Below are positions 48,144 through 56,522 of a DNA stretch of 64,000 nucleotides, in pieces (within the stretch, counting starts at the first letter, position 1; each line of letters begins with the position of its first letter). The notes below the pieces were generated by a model. That model did not search any database. It was not told where the DNA came from and saw nothing but the letters and a program-made list of their open reading frames with translations. This DNA comes from Mycobacteriales bacterium. Its GTDB lineage: Bacteria; Actinomycetota; Actinomycetes; JAFAQI01. The stretch covers positions 31,096 to 95,095 of the forward strand of contig DASZOU010000022.1 of NCBI GenBank assembly GCA_035550655.1, in the 5' to 3' direction. Position numbers and translations under genes: made by a program.

Positions 48144-49289
48144 ATGAGACGCACCCCAGCCGTCGTCGCCGTCCTCGCCTCAGTCGGACTGCTCATGTCC
48201 GTGGGGGTGGGAGTGTCTTTGGCGTCCGCAACAACAGCTACGTCCCCGCGACCGTTCACCGCCTACATCAACGTCGGTGACGCAGCATCGCTGTCGGCGC
48301 TCGGGACCCGGATCGGGGCACCGATCAGCTATGCGTCGGACTACTTCGACGACCGCTCGTGGGCGAACATCGACGACAACTGGAACATGAGCAACTGGGC
48401 GGGCAAGGGCTACCGGATGATCTGGGGTGTCCCGATGCTGCCGCTCTCCGGAGCAACTCTGGCGAGCGGCGCAACCGGGGCCTACGACCAGTACTACGTG
48501 ACGGTGGCCAAGGACCTGGTCGCGCACGGCATGGGCGACTCGATCCTGCGTCTTGGCTGGGAGTTCAACCAGCCGTCCTACCCCTGGTACGCCGCCGGAC
48601 AGGCATCGGCCTTCGTCGCCTACTGGCGTCACATCGTCAGCGCGATGCGCGGGGTCGCGGGAGCCGCGTTCAGCTTCGAGTGGAACCCGTCCATGGGCGA
48701 CAACGGCGGCGGCGACAAGTCGATGGGCGACTTCACCTCGTACTACCCGGGTGACGCGTATGTCGACATCGTCGCGCTCGACGTCTACGACATCGCGTGG
48801 AACAGCTACCCCGGCGAGCCCGCGCAGTTCTCCAGCATCCAGTCCCGGACCTGGGGGCTCAACTGGCTCTCGTCCTTCGCGAGCCAGCACAGCAAGCCGG
48901 TGGCCATCGCGGAGTTCGGCCTCGGCTGGGGCGGATCTGCCGGCAACGGCCAGCCGTACTCAGGAAGCGGCACCGTGTCCGGCGGCGACAACCCCCGTTT
49001 CGTGCGCGACATCGCAACCTGGATGCAGCAGCACAACGCAGTGATCGGTGGCTTCTGGGACAACTCCTTCTCCTCCATCGACAACGGCCAGAACCCGATG
49101 ACCGCAGCCGAGATCGCCGCGCAGTTCGGTGGCGGCGCGGCGCCGACACCGGCGCCGACCACCACGACCGCAGCGCCGAAGCCGGCGCCGACCACCACCA
49201 CCGCGGCGCCCACACCCGCGGCCACCGCCACCCCGACGACATCAACGACGCCGGCGAAAAAGCGCCGCCCCCACGATCACCTGCGCTAG
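48144..49289 (+). CDS. Secreted GH26-like glycoside hydrolase (mannanase-family fold) with C-terminal Pro/Thr-rich tail
   Basis: Sec signal peptide (…SLASA|TT), LRLGWEFNQPSYPWY (RxGxEFN acid/base region), …AIAEFG… nucleophile region. ~85% nt identity to the 56523-57869 gene. Confidence 0.75.
   Translation: MRRTPAVVAVLASVGLLMSVGVGVSLASATTATSPRPFTAYINVGDAASLSALGTRIGAPISYASDYFDDRSWANIDDNWNMSNWAGKGYRMIWGVPMLPLSGATLASGATGAYDQYYVTVAKDLVAHGMGDSILRLGWEFNQPSYPWYAAGQASAFVAYWRHIVSAMRGVAGAAFSFEWNPSMGDNGGGDKSMGDFTSYYPGDAYVDIVALDVYDIAWNSYPGEPAQFSSIQSRTWGLNWLSSFASQHSKPVAIAEFGLGWGGSAGNGQPYSGSGTVSGGDNPRFVRDIATWMQQHNAVIGGFWDNSFSSIDNGQNPMTAAEIAAQFGGGAAPTPAPTTTTAAPKPAPTTTTAAPTPAATATPTTSTTPAKKRRPHDHLR
49149..49214 (+). 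repeat. Tandem 33-bp duplication inside the Pro/Thr linker-coding region (APTTTTAAPKP / APTTTTAAPTP)
   Basis: Two adjacent units, ccggcgccgaccaccacgaccgcagcgccgaag / ccggcgccgaccaccaccaccgcggcgcccaca (28/33 identical), read directly. Confidence 0.6.
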
Positions 49290-49293
49290 CGGT

Positions 49294-50310
49294 TCAGCCA
49301 GCCGGGTTGAGCCGGTCGAGGCCGCGTTCCGCGTGCTCGTAGACCTGCTGCGAAGCAGGGAAGTTCGCAAGTCGATGCGTTCCGTAGTCGAAGTACGCCT
49401 CTGAGGCGACATCGTGAGTGGCGCACCAGTCGAGCAGCTTGCTGACGAAATAGGGGTCATCACCCCCGCCGCCGTTGGTGTTCTCCTCAGGCGTCGCCAG
49501 CGCCCACTCCGGCAGCGAGATCGGCTTTTGATGAGCGGCGCCGAAGGACGCGAGCCAGTCAAGGCCGTTGGGATGTGTCTCGATCCAGTCCCACCGCGAC
49601 TCCGGCGTGGCGTCCGGCGTGTTCCATTCCCAGTCGTAGACGTCCAGACCGATCTGGTCTACGTACGCGTCGCCCGGGTACGCCGCCTCGGCGTCCATGC
49701 TGCGCGTTCCGGTGTTCGGGTTCCAGACGAAAGTGAACCGCTGACCCTCGACAGAGCGCATGGCCGTGACGATGTGGCGGTAGTACGCGATCCAGGCCTG
49801 CGGATCATCCACGGCCGACCAGCGGTACCAGCCGCCGTTCATCTCCCACCCGATCCGCAGCGCCGCCGACGCGGCGCCGTAGCGGACGAGGTTTGCCGCC
49901 AGCGTGTGGAAGTACTGGTCGTAGTCGCCTTGCGCACCGTCGGCGATCGACGAAGGCCCTTGGTCGGGAAGCATCGGGACCCCCAGCATCAGCCGGAATC
50001 CCGAACCCTGCCACCGCCGGAGCAGCCACAGCGGGGAGGCGATGTCATCCCAGGTGGCGGACGGCAAATAGTCCGAGGCGAACCCCACCGCGACCTTGCG
50101 CCACTGGCCGAAGTCGACCGCTCCGTTCGGGTCGCCCGGCCCGATGTACACCCCCGACACCGGCGCGGTACGTGCCGACGGCGGCGCGGTTGCCGTCGCC
50201 TCGGGACGGTGCGCCAGCTGCCAGCCGAAGATGCCGGCAGCTGCGGCGACGGCCGCGAGCGCCAGCGACGCCACCAGCCGCCGCCGCGAACGCCTGCCGC
50301 TACCCGGCAC
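49294..50310 (-). CDS. GH26-like glycoside hydrolase, divergent paralog, with twin-arginine-like signal
   Basis: RIGWEMNGGWYRW and PEWA regions align with the two plus-strand paralogs. GTG 50310 gives VPGSGRRSRRRLVASLALAAVAAAAG (RR + hydrophobic + AxA). The start is uncertain and overlaps the upstream GT2 stop by 11 nt. Confidence 0.7.
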   Translation of the reverse strand: MPGSGRRSRRRLVASLALAAVAAAAGIFGWQLAHRPEATATAPPSARTAPVSGVYIGPGDPNGAVDFGQWRKVAVGFASDYLPSATWDDIASPLWLLRRWQGSGFRLMLGVPMLPDQGPSSIADGAQGDYDQYFHTLAANLVRYGAASAALRIGWEMNGGWYRWSAVDDPQAWIAYYRHIVTAMRSVEGQRFTFVWNPNTGTRSMDAEAAYPGDAYVDQIGLDVYDWEWNTPDATPESRWDWIETHPNGLDWLASFGAAHQKPISLPEWALATPEENTNGGGGDDPYFVSKLLDWCATHDVASEAYFDYGTHRLANFPASQQVYEHAERGLDRLNPAG

Positions 50311-51319
50311 GGGACCGCTCCTCCGGCACCGGTACGTCGTCCCCAGCTGCCGGAGCAGCCTTCGCGGCCGGGCTATGGAGAGCGGCATGAACGGCGCCGG
50401 CGAGCGCGGCAAAGCAGCCGGCCAAGACGGCGGCGAAACGCAGCACCGCGGCGAAATCGCCGCTGACAACCTGCCAGAGGCATCGGCCGAGTGCGGTGGG
50501 CACGGTACGGAGGGCATAGGCCCGCTCGGAGCTCAGCCGCTCATGCGTCAGCCGTCGCATCTCGATCTTGCCGCGCCCCTCGCTGAAGCAACGAGCGAGG
50601 AAGAAACGGAAGCTGGACCGGCCGGTCGGCACGAAGTGCTCGACCCGGGCATCCGGCACGTAGAGCCAGTGATCGCCGGACCGCCGGGCGAACCGGATGC
50701 ACATCTCGGTGTCCTCAGGGCGCGAGACGTCGAGGCGCTTGCCGAACCCTTCGTCGAACCCGCCGCAGGCCAGGAACTGGGCGCGGCGGATCGCCATGTT
50801 CTCGCTCCAGACGTTGCGGACCTCGGCCTGGGAGGTCGGCATGCCTTTGAAGCTGGCGCCCACCACCCACAGGAACTCGTCGGGGAACCACCGCGGCTTG
50901 CCCGTCTGCCACCGCGGGCTGGCACTCCCGCCGGTGCCGGCGACCGACGGCTCGCCCAGAGGCGCGATCAGCCGGCGCAGCCAGCTAGGGGCTGCAACCA
51001 CGTCGTCGTCGAGGAACGCCACGAGGGGGCTGCGGGCAGCACGAACTCCGGCGTTGCGCGTCGACGATGCGCCTCGCACACCCGTGTTGGCGACCACCTT
51101 GACGCGCGGATGCACCCGGTACAGCGTGCGCAGCTTCAGATAGAGGGGGTCGTTGTTGTCGACCGCGATGACCACCTCGAGGGGTGTCACATCCTGCGCG
51201 AGCGCGGAGGTCACACTGCGCTGGAGCAAGTCCAGCCGGTTCTCGCTGTGGCAGGCGATGACGACGGACACGCCACCGGTGAGCACGTCGCTGGGAGAGA
51301 GCGGCTGCCGGCGGTTCAC
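50300..51319 (-). CDS. Family 2 glycosyltransferase
   Basis: VSVVIACHSENRLDLLQRSVTSALAQD…VIAVDNN…FLDDDV (DxD) GT-A core. Confidence 0.8.
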   Translation of the reverse strand: MNRRQPLSPSDVLTGGVSVVIACHSENRLDLLQRSVTSALAQDVTPLEVVIAVDNNDPLYLKLRTLYRVHPRVKVVANTGVRGASSTRNAGVRAARSPLVAFLDDDVVAAPSWLRRLIAPLGEPSVAGTGGSASPRWQTGKPRWFPDEFLWVVGASFKGMPTSQAEVRNVWSENMAIRRAQFLACGGFDEGFGKRLDVSRPEDTEMCIRFARRSGDHWLYVPDARVEHFVPTGRSSFRFFLARCFSEGRGKIEMRRLTHERLSSERAYALRTVPTALGRCLWQVVSGDFAAVLRFAAVLAGCFAALAGAVHAALHSPAAKAAPAAGDDVPVPEERSRAG

Positions 51320-52218
51320 GACGCCACGCTTTGTTCGGTCACAGCGGCCGCGGCGAGGTCGCTCGAGGAAGTGCGCTGCGTCGGTAGGACAACCGGGCGG
51401 TGGAGTCGCGCCGGCGCCTCAGCGCGGTATTCGCGCATGATGGTGCGAAGCACGCGCCAGCCGTCCTTGATCGTGTTGAGGTTGGTCTCTCCGTACAGCC
51501 GCCGGCTCTCGACGCTCGGCACCTCGGCGATGCGTGCGCCCGCTCGGGCGATCCGGACGTTCATCAGCGTCTCGATCTCGAAGCCGTCCCCCCAGACCGC
51601 TTCTCCGGCTTCGCCCACGCTGAGGCCGAACGCCGGCAGGCAGCTCGCCCAGAACGCGTTATAGCCGTAGCAGAGGTCGGTGAAGCCACTTCCGAACAAC
51701 ACGTTGACCAGGCGGTTGAGGGCGCGGTTGCCCAGGCGACGGATCGGCGTGATGTCGTGCGAGCAGCCGCCGACGGCGAAGCGCGAGCCCTTCGCGAAGT
51801 CCGCGCCGGCCAGCAGCGACGCCACGAACTCCGGGATCTCGGCGGGGTCAGTCGAGCCGTCCGCATCCAGCATCACGATGATCTCGCCGGTGCAAGCGGC
51901 GAAGCCGCATGCGAGGGCGTTTCCCTTTCCGCGGCGGTTCTGGTGGATGACCTTGACATCCGGTCGTAGCCGCCGTGCCACCTCGACAGTGTCGTCGACC
52001 GAGTGGCCATCGACGAGGATGACCTCGTAGACATCGTTCGGGATCCGCGCGAAGACGTGCTCGAGGTTGCGCGCCTCGTTCATCGCCGGGATGACGACAC
52101 TCACGGTCGGCATCCGGAAGCTCGTCTCGAGCTCGACGATCTCGGCGAGACCGGCACGCTCGGCCGATCCGGCGAGCTGGGCGGTTTCGGTGGCTGCTGC
52201 ACCGGTGCGGGTCGCCAT
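51316..52218 (-). CDS. Family 2 glycosyltransferase, polyprenol-phosphate sugar synthase-like (DPM1/GtrB/Ppm1-type)
   Basis: MPTVSVVIPAMNEARNLEHV…VILVDGHSVDDT…GKGNALACGF…VMLDADGSTDP is the canonical GtrB/DPM1 motif set. ATGA overlap with the downstream GT2. Confidence 0.8.
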   Translation of the reverse strand: MATRTGAAATETAQLAGSAERAGLAEIVELETSFRMPTVSVVIPAMNEARNLEHVFARIPNDVYEVILVDGHSVDDTVEVARRLRPDVKVIHQNRRGKGNALACGFAACTGEIIVMLDADGSTDPAEIPEFVASLLAGADFAKGSRFAVGGCSHDITPIRRLGNRALNRLVNVLFGSGFTDLCYGYNAFWASCLPAFGLSVGEAGEAVWGDGFEIETLMNVRIARAGARIAEVPSVESRRLYGETNLNTIKDGWRVLRTIMREYRAEAPARLHRPVVLPTQRTSSSDLAAAAVTEQSVAS

Positions 52219-52448
52219 CGTTGGCCCATCCTTCGTAGTGACAGGTCGGGCCGGTTTCGCCATTGCTCCCCGCCGGGCTATGGCGACCAGTTCGTCGCCC
52301 GGTGGTTCATCGCTCCCAATTGCGACGCTAGGCACGAGGACTGGCGAATACCACGGGACAAGCGCCCGACTCGATGACCCGAATGCGGGGCGAAAAAACC
52401 ACCCGTCGTAGCTATTGCGCCGACGTCAGACACGCGGCTAACGGCAAG

Positions 52449-53705
52449 ATGGTGCGGGTGAGCAGCGTGCTGAAGCGCATCGATCTCACCGCCCTGCGCG
52501 CTCCCGCGAAAGTGGTCGATGTATCACTCGACGAGACGCCGGCCGGTGCCGCGCGAGTCGTCGACACGGCCGGCTACGAGTCGCTCTGGTGCCTGCTGCG
52601 CTCGGGCGGGGTACCCGTCGGCATCACGCTCTGGGACGTTTCCGGAGACGACGAGGTGAGCGTCGACGTCATCCGAGCGGCCACCCGAACCGAGTTCGAC
52701 CGTCACGATGCCGCCCCCGATCCGCAACCCGTGCCCGGCCTCGACCTCACCGTCGCGCTGTGCACCCGCGAACGCCCGGATGACCTGCGGGCTGCGCTGG
52801 ACAGCCTGAGCCAGCAGACCGACTCCGCGTTCTCCGTCGTAGTCGTCGACAACGCGCCCGCCAGCACGTCGACTCGGGAGGTCGTCGAGGCGGCAGGCGG
52901 CACGAACACGCGCTACGTCGTCGAGCCTGCGCCGGGCCTGTCTCGAGCCCGCAACACCGCGCTCGCCGCCGTCGAGACTCCGCTCGTCGCCTGGATGGAT
53001 GACGACGAGACCGCCGATCCGCAGTGGATAGAACGGGTCAAACAGGGCTTCGGCCACTCGTCCCGACCGGCTGCGGTGTGCGGACTGATGCTGCCCGCCG
53101 AGCTCGAGACGGAGGCGCAGGTCCGCTTCGAACAGTACGGCGGGTTCAACAAGGGCCGCGGCCTCGTCCCCGAGGTCCTCTCGCTCGCCGCGGGAACGGT
53201 ACGCAGCCCGATGTACCCGCTGCCCAACTTCGGCGCCGGCGGCAACATGGCGTTCCGGGTCGAGGCGTTGCGCGCCGCCGGTGGCTTCGACCCCTGCCTC
53301 GGCGCCGGAACCAGCACCCACGGCGGCGAGGAGACCCGAGCGCTCGCGCTGGTCCTCCGGGCGGGCGGCACGGTGCTGCACTGGCCCGCCGCCATCACGT
53401 GGCACTACCACCGGCGTGAGCTCGACGCGCTGCGCAACCAGTTCCGCGGCTACAGCGCCGGGCTGTCAGCCTTCTTCGCGAGCATGTGGTTGACCGCTCC
53501 CTCGGCGAGCAGCCGCGAGTTGTTGCACGTCGTTCCCACCGCCCTTGGCCACGTCCGACCCGGCGCCGGGAACCGGCGCGTCGGTGGCCTCCCCGACGAC
53601 TTCCCCAAGGACCTGCTCCGGGCCGGGCGCGCCGGATTCCTCGAGGGCGGCGTTGCGTACCTCCGCGAGCGTCGCCGCCACCGCGCGGCTTCCGGCGCGG
53701 GTTAG
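52449..53705 (+). CDS. Family 2 glycosyltransferase with N-terminal extension
   Basis: LTVALCTRERPDDLRAALDSLSQQTDSAFSVVVVDNAP and WMDDDETADPQW (DxD). Start taken at ATG 52449. Confidence 0.7.
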   Translation: MVRVSSVLKRIDLTALRAPAKVVDVSLDETPAGAARVVDTAGYESLWCLLRSGGVPVGITLWDVSGDDEVSVDVIRAATRTEFDRHDAAPDPQPVPGLDLTVALCTRERPDDLRAALDSLSQQTDSAFSVVVVDNAPASTSTREVVEAAGGTNTRYVVEPAPGLSRARNTALAAVETPLVAWMDDDETADPQWIERVKQGFGHSSRPAAVCGLMLPAELETEAQVRFEQYGGFNKGRGLVPEVLSLAAGTVRSPMYPLPNFGAGGNMAFRVEALRAAGGFDPCLGAGTSTHGGEETRALALVLRAGGTVLHWPAAITWHYHRRELDALRNQFRGYSAGLSAFFASMWLTAPSASSRELLHVVPTALGHVRPGAGNRRVGGLPDDFPKDLLRAGRAGFLEGGVAYLRERRRHRAASGAG

Positions 53706-53714
53706 GCAAACCGG

Positions 53715-54725
53715 ATGCAGCTGCGCACCCTGGCGGGAACGACCGTCACCACCTCTGCCCTTGGACTGGGGTGCGCCGGGCTGTATCGACTTCCCCGGCG
53801 CGACCACCGGGAGGCCGTCCTCGCCGCGGCGGTGGCGGCGGATGTTCGCCATTTCGACACGGCTCCGATGTACGGATTGGGCCGGGCCGAAGCCGAGCTT
53901 GCTCCGTTGCTCCGGTCGCGCCGCGACGAGTTGACCGTCACGACGAAGTTCGGCATCGAGCCGTCAGCGATCGGCGCCATGATCGGGCGGGTTCAAGGTC
54001 CGGTGCGGTCGCTGCTCGCCCGGCGTTCCGGGCTTCAGCAAAGCGTGGGCCGCTCCGGCGCCGGACCGGCAAGCGGTGCCGTTGGCCGCTTGCTGTACAG
54101 CGCGGCGGGGTACGACGCGGGCACCGCAGCGCGCAGCCTGACGCGCAGCCTGCGAGCCCTGCGGTCGGACTACATCGACATCTTCGCCCTGCACGATCCG
54201 ATGGGCACCGCGGTGACGAACGCCCCTGAGCTCATCGGTTACCTCGAGGACCAGGTTCGAGCCGGGACGATCCGGTGCTGGGGGATCGCGGGCGAGCTGC
54301 CCCCGACCGGATCGCCGGGCCGCCGGTTGCTCGAGGGCGCGCCACTCGTCCAGCAGCCCGACGACGTGTTCGAGCCGGCGGAGTCGGTCTCGCCGGACCG
54401 GGCCACGATCACCTTCGGTTGCCTGTCACGAGCCCTGCCCGCGTTGCTCGCGCATGTCACGGCCACGCCCGGCACGCGCGCCCGATGGAGCGAGCGACTG
54501 GGCGTGGACGCCGCCGACCCGCAGGCGATGGCGGGGCTGCTGCTCAGAGCGGCGATTCGCCGCAATCCCTCGGGAGTCGTGCTGTTCTCGACGACGCGGC
54601 CCGAGCGAGTTGGCGCCGCGGTCGAATCCGTCGCAAGGCCCGAAGACCCTGCCGTGGCGAGCGCATTGCATGCCATTGTCCAGGAGGTCGCACTACTGCC
54701 CGAACACCGCGAAAGGCCCGAATGA
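53715..54725 (+). CDS. Aldo/keto reductase
   Basis: 336 aa; LGLGCAGL…FDTAPMYG…TKFG AKR catalytic-tetrad context. Confidence 0.85.
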   Translation: MQLRTLAGTTVTTSALGLGCAGLYRLPRRDHREAVLAAAVAADVRHFDTAPMYGLGRAEAELAPLLRSRRDELTVTTKFGIEPSAIGAMIGRVQGPVRSLLARRSGLQQSVGRSGAGPASGAVGRLLYSAAGYDAGTAARSLTRSLRALRSDYIDIFALHDPMGTAVTNAPELIGYLEDQVRAGTIRCWGIAGELPPTGSPGRRLLEGAPLVQQPDDVFEPAESVSPDRATITFGCLSRALPALLAHVTATPGTRARWSERLGVDAADPQAMAGLLLRAAIRRNPSGVVLFSTTRPERVGAAVESVARPEDPAVASALHAIVQEVALLPEHRERPE

Positions 54726-56419
54726 TCGACGATCTCGCTGCGCTCGGCACCGACGCGCGCTTTGCCGCGGACCTGGCTGTCGTCGGCGCCGGACCAGCCG
54801 GCATCGTGGTTGCCCTCGAGGCCGCCCGGCGGGGGCTCGACGTCGTACTGCTCGAAAGCGGACGCGAGCACTACGACGAAGCGGTCCAGGAGCTGTCCGA
54901 GGCGGCCGAATGGGATCGGTCCCGCCACGCCCCGATGTCGATGGCGATCCGGCGGCAGGTCGGGGGCACGTCGGTCACCTGGGGCGGCCGATGCGTGCCG
55001 TTCGACCCGGTCGACTTCACCACGCGAGCCGTCGCGGGCTCGGCACGGTGGCCGGTGAGCTACGAAGAGATACGGGAGTACTTCGGCCGGGCCTGCGACT
55101 GGATGCAGTGCGGCAGACCCGTGTTCAACGTCGCCGACATTCCTTCCCTCGCCGGCGATTTGGTCCCCGGTCTCACCGACCGCGACGGTGTGAAGTCGAC
55201 GGATCTCGAACGATGGTCGCTCCCGACCAACTTCGGCCAGGTGTATCGAAAGCAGCTCCACGACCTGCCGAACCTGCGACTGCTTGCGGGGGTGACCTGC
55301 ATCACCGTCGAGTGCCCGCCGGAACGCCGGCAGGTCGACGCAATCGAGTGCCGCACCACCGCGGGCGGGCGGGTGCGAGTCGAGGCGCGGGCCTTCGTGA
55401 TCGCCGCCGGTGGCCTTGAGAGCACTCGGCTGCTGATGAGCTCGCCAGGACCACAAGGCGGCGAGCTGGGAAACCACTCCGGACATCTGGGCCGCTGGTA
55501 CATGGCGCACGTGGAAGGCGTGGCAGCAAAGGTCCAGTTCACCACCGCGCCGCGCGCGACGAAGTACGACTACGAACGTGACATCGACGGCAGCTACGTC
55601 CGCCGCCGGTTCACGCTGACCGAGGAGCTCCAGCTGCGCGAAGGAGTCCCTAACTTCGCCGCGTGGATCACCAATCCGGACCTCGCGGACGCCTCGCACG
55701 ACCGCGGCGAGCTCTCCTTCGCCTATCTCGCTCTCGTCTCACCGGTCGGCAAGCGGTTCGCACCTGACGCCCAGCGGTTGTCGTTGACCGGCGTAGTCGT
55801 GCCGGGCGCACCGTACGGCCACACGGAGATATCTCCGGTGGGCGAGCACCTGCGCAACCTGGCGCGGCATCCCGTGACCACCGGACGGTTCGCCTTCGGA
55901 TTCGGTACCCGCCGATTTCTCCAGCGCGGTCGCCGCGCCCCCGGCTTCTTCTCCTACAGCCCCAACAACCGCTACCCGCTGCAGTACCACGCCGAGCACC
56001 TGCCGCAGGCCGACAGCCAGGTGTCGCTCACCCGCGAGCGCGACGCGCTCGGCCGGCCGAAGCTGGCCATCGACCTAAGGTTCGCGTCGGCCGACGTCGA
56101 GGGCGTGGTCCGGGCTCATGCGCTGCTCGATCGAGCCTTGCGAGACTGCGGCGTGGGGCGGCTCGAGTACGTATCGACTGACCTTCCGGCGGCGATCGAA
56201 GAACGACTTGGCGGCGGCTTCCACCAGTCCGGGACCACGCGAATGGCAGCGACGGAGAACGACGGCGTGGTCAACCGCGACCTCCGGGTGTACGGCGTCG
56301 ACAATCTCTACGTTGCGAGCAGCTCCACGTTCGTCACATCGGGTCAGGCCAACTCGACCTTCATGATCGTCGCCTTCGCCGTGCGCCTCGCCGAGCACCT
56401 GGGCCGCCGGCTCAGCTAG
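54722..56419 (+). CDS. GMC-family FAD-dependent oxidoreductase
   Basis: FAD motif DLAVVGAGPAGIVVALEAARRG, GMC signature regions, and a C-terminal His/Asn active-site region (…HQSGTTRMAA…). ATGA overlap with the AKR. Confidence 0.85.
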   Translation: MIDDLAALGTDARFAADLAVVGAGPAGIVVALEAARRGLDVVLLESGREHYDEAVQELSEAAEWDRSRHAPMSMAIRRQVGGTSVTWGGRCVPFDPVDFTTRAVAGSARWPVSYEEIREYFGRACDWMQCGRPVFNVADIPSLAGDLVPGLTDRDGVKSTDLERWSLPTNFGQVYRKQLHDLPNLRLLAGVTCITVECPPERRQVDAIECRTTAGGRVRVEARAFVIAAGGLESTRLLMSSPGPQGGELGNHSGHLGRWYMAHVEGVAAKVQFTTAPRATKYDYERDIDGSYVRRRFTLTEELQLREGVPNFAAWITNPDLADASHDRGELSFAYLALVSPVGKRFAPDAQRLSLTGVVVPGAPYGHTEISPVGEHLRNLARHPVTTGRFAFGFGTRRFLQRGRRAPGFFSYSPNNRYPLQYHAEHLPQADSQVSLTRERDALGRPKLAIDLRFASADVEGVVRAHALLDRALRDCGVGRLEYVSTDLPAAIEERLGGGFHQSGTTRMAATENDGVVNRDLRVYGVDNLYVASSSTFVTSGQANSTFMIVAFAVRLAEHLGRRLS

Positions 56420-56491
56420 CCCCAAGAATCGACCGACAAGCCGGACGATCCGGGCAAGTCGGTCGCCGCTGCCACCCATCCGGCTCATTAC

Positions 56492-56511
56492 CGAAACGCG
56501 ATCACGTTTCG
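56492..56511. promoter_or_regulatory. Palindrome CGAAACG-CGATCA-CGTTTCG 12-31 nt upstream of the third GH26-like gene
   Basis: Perfect 7-bp arms read directly. Its position overlaps the expected promoter/RBS region, so it is a candidate operator. Confidence 0.3.
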
Positions 56512-56522
56512 AGACACTGAGT

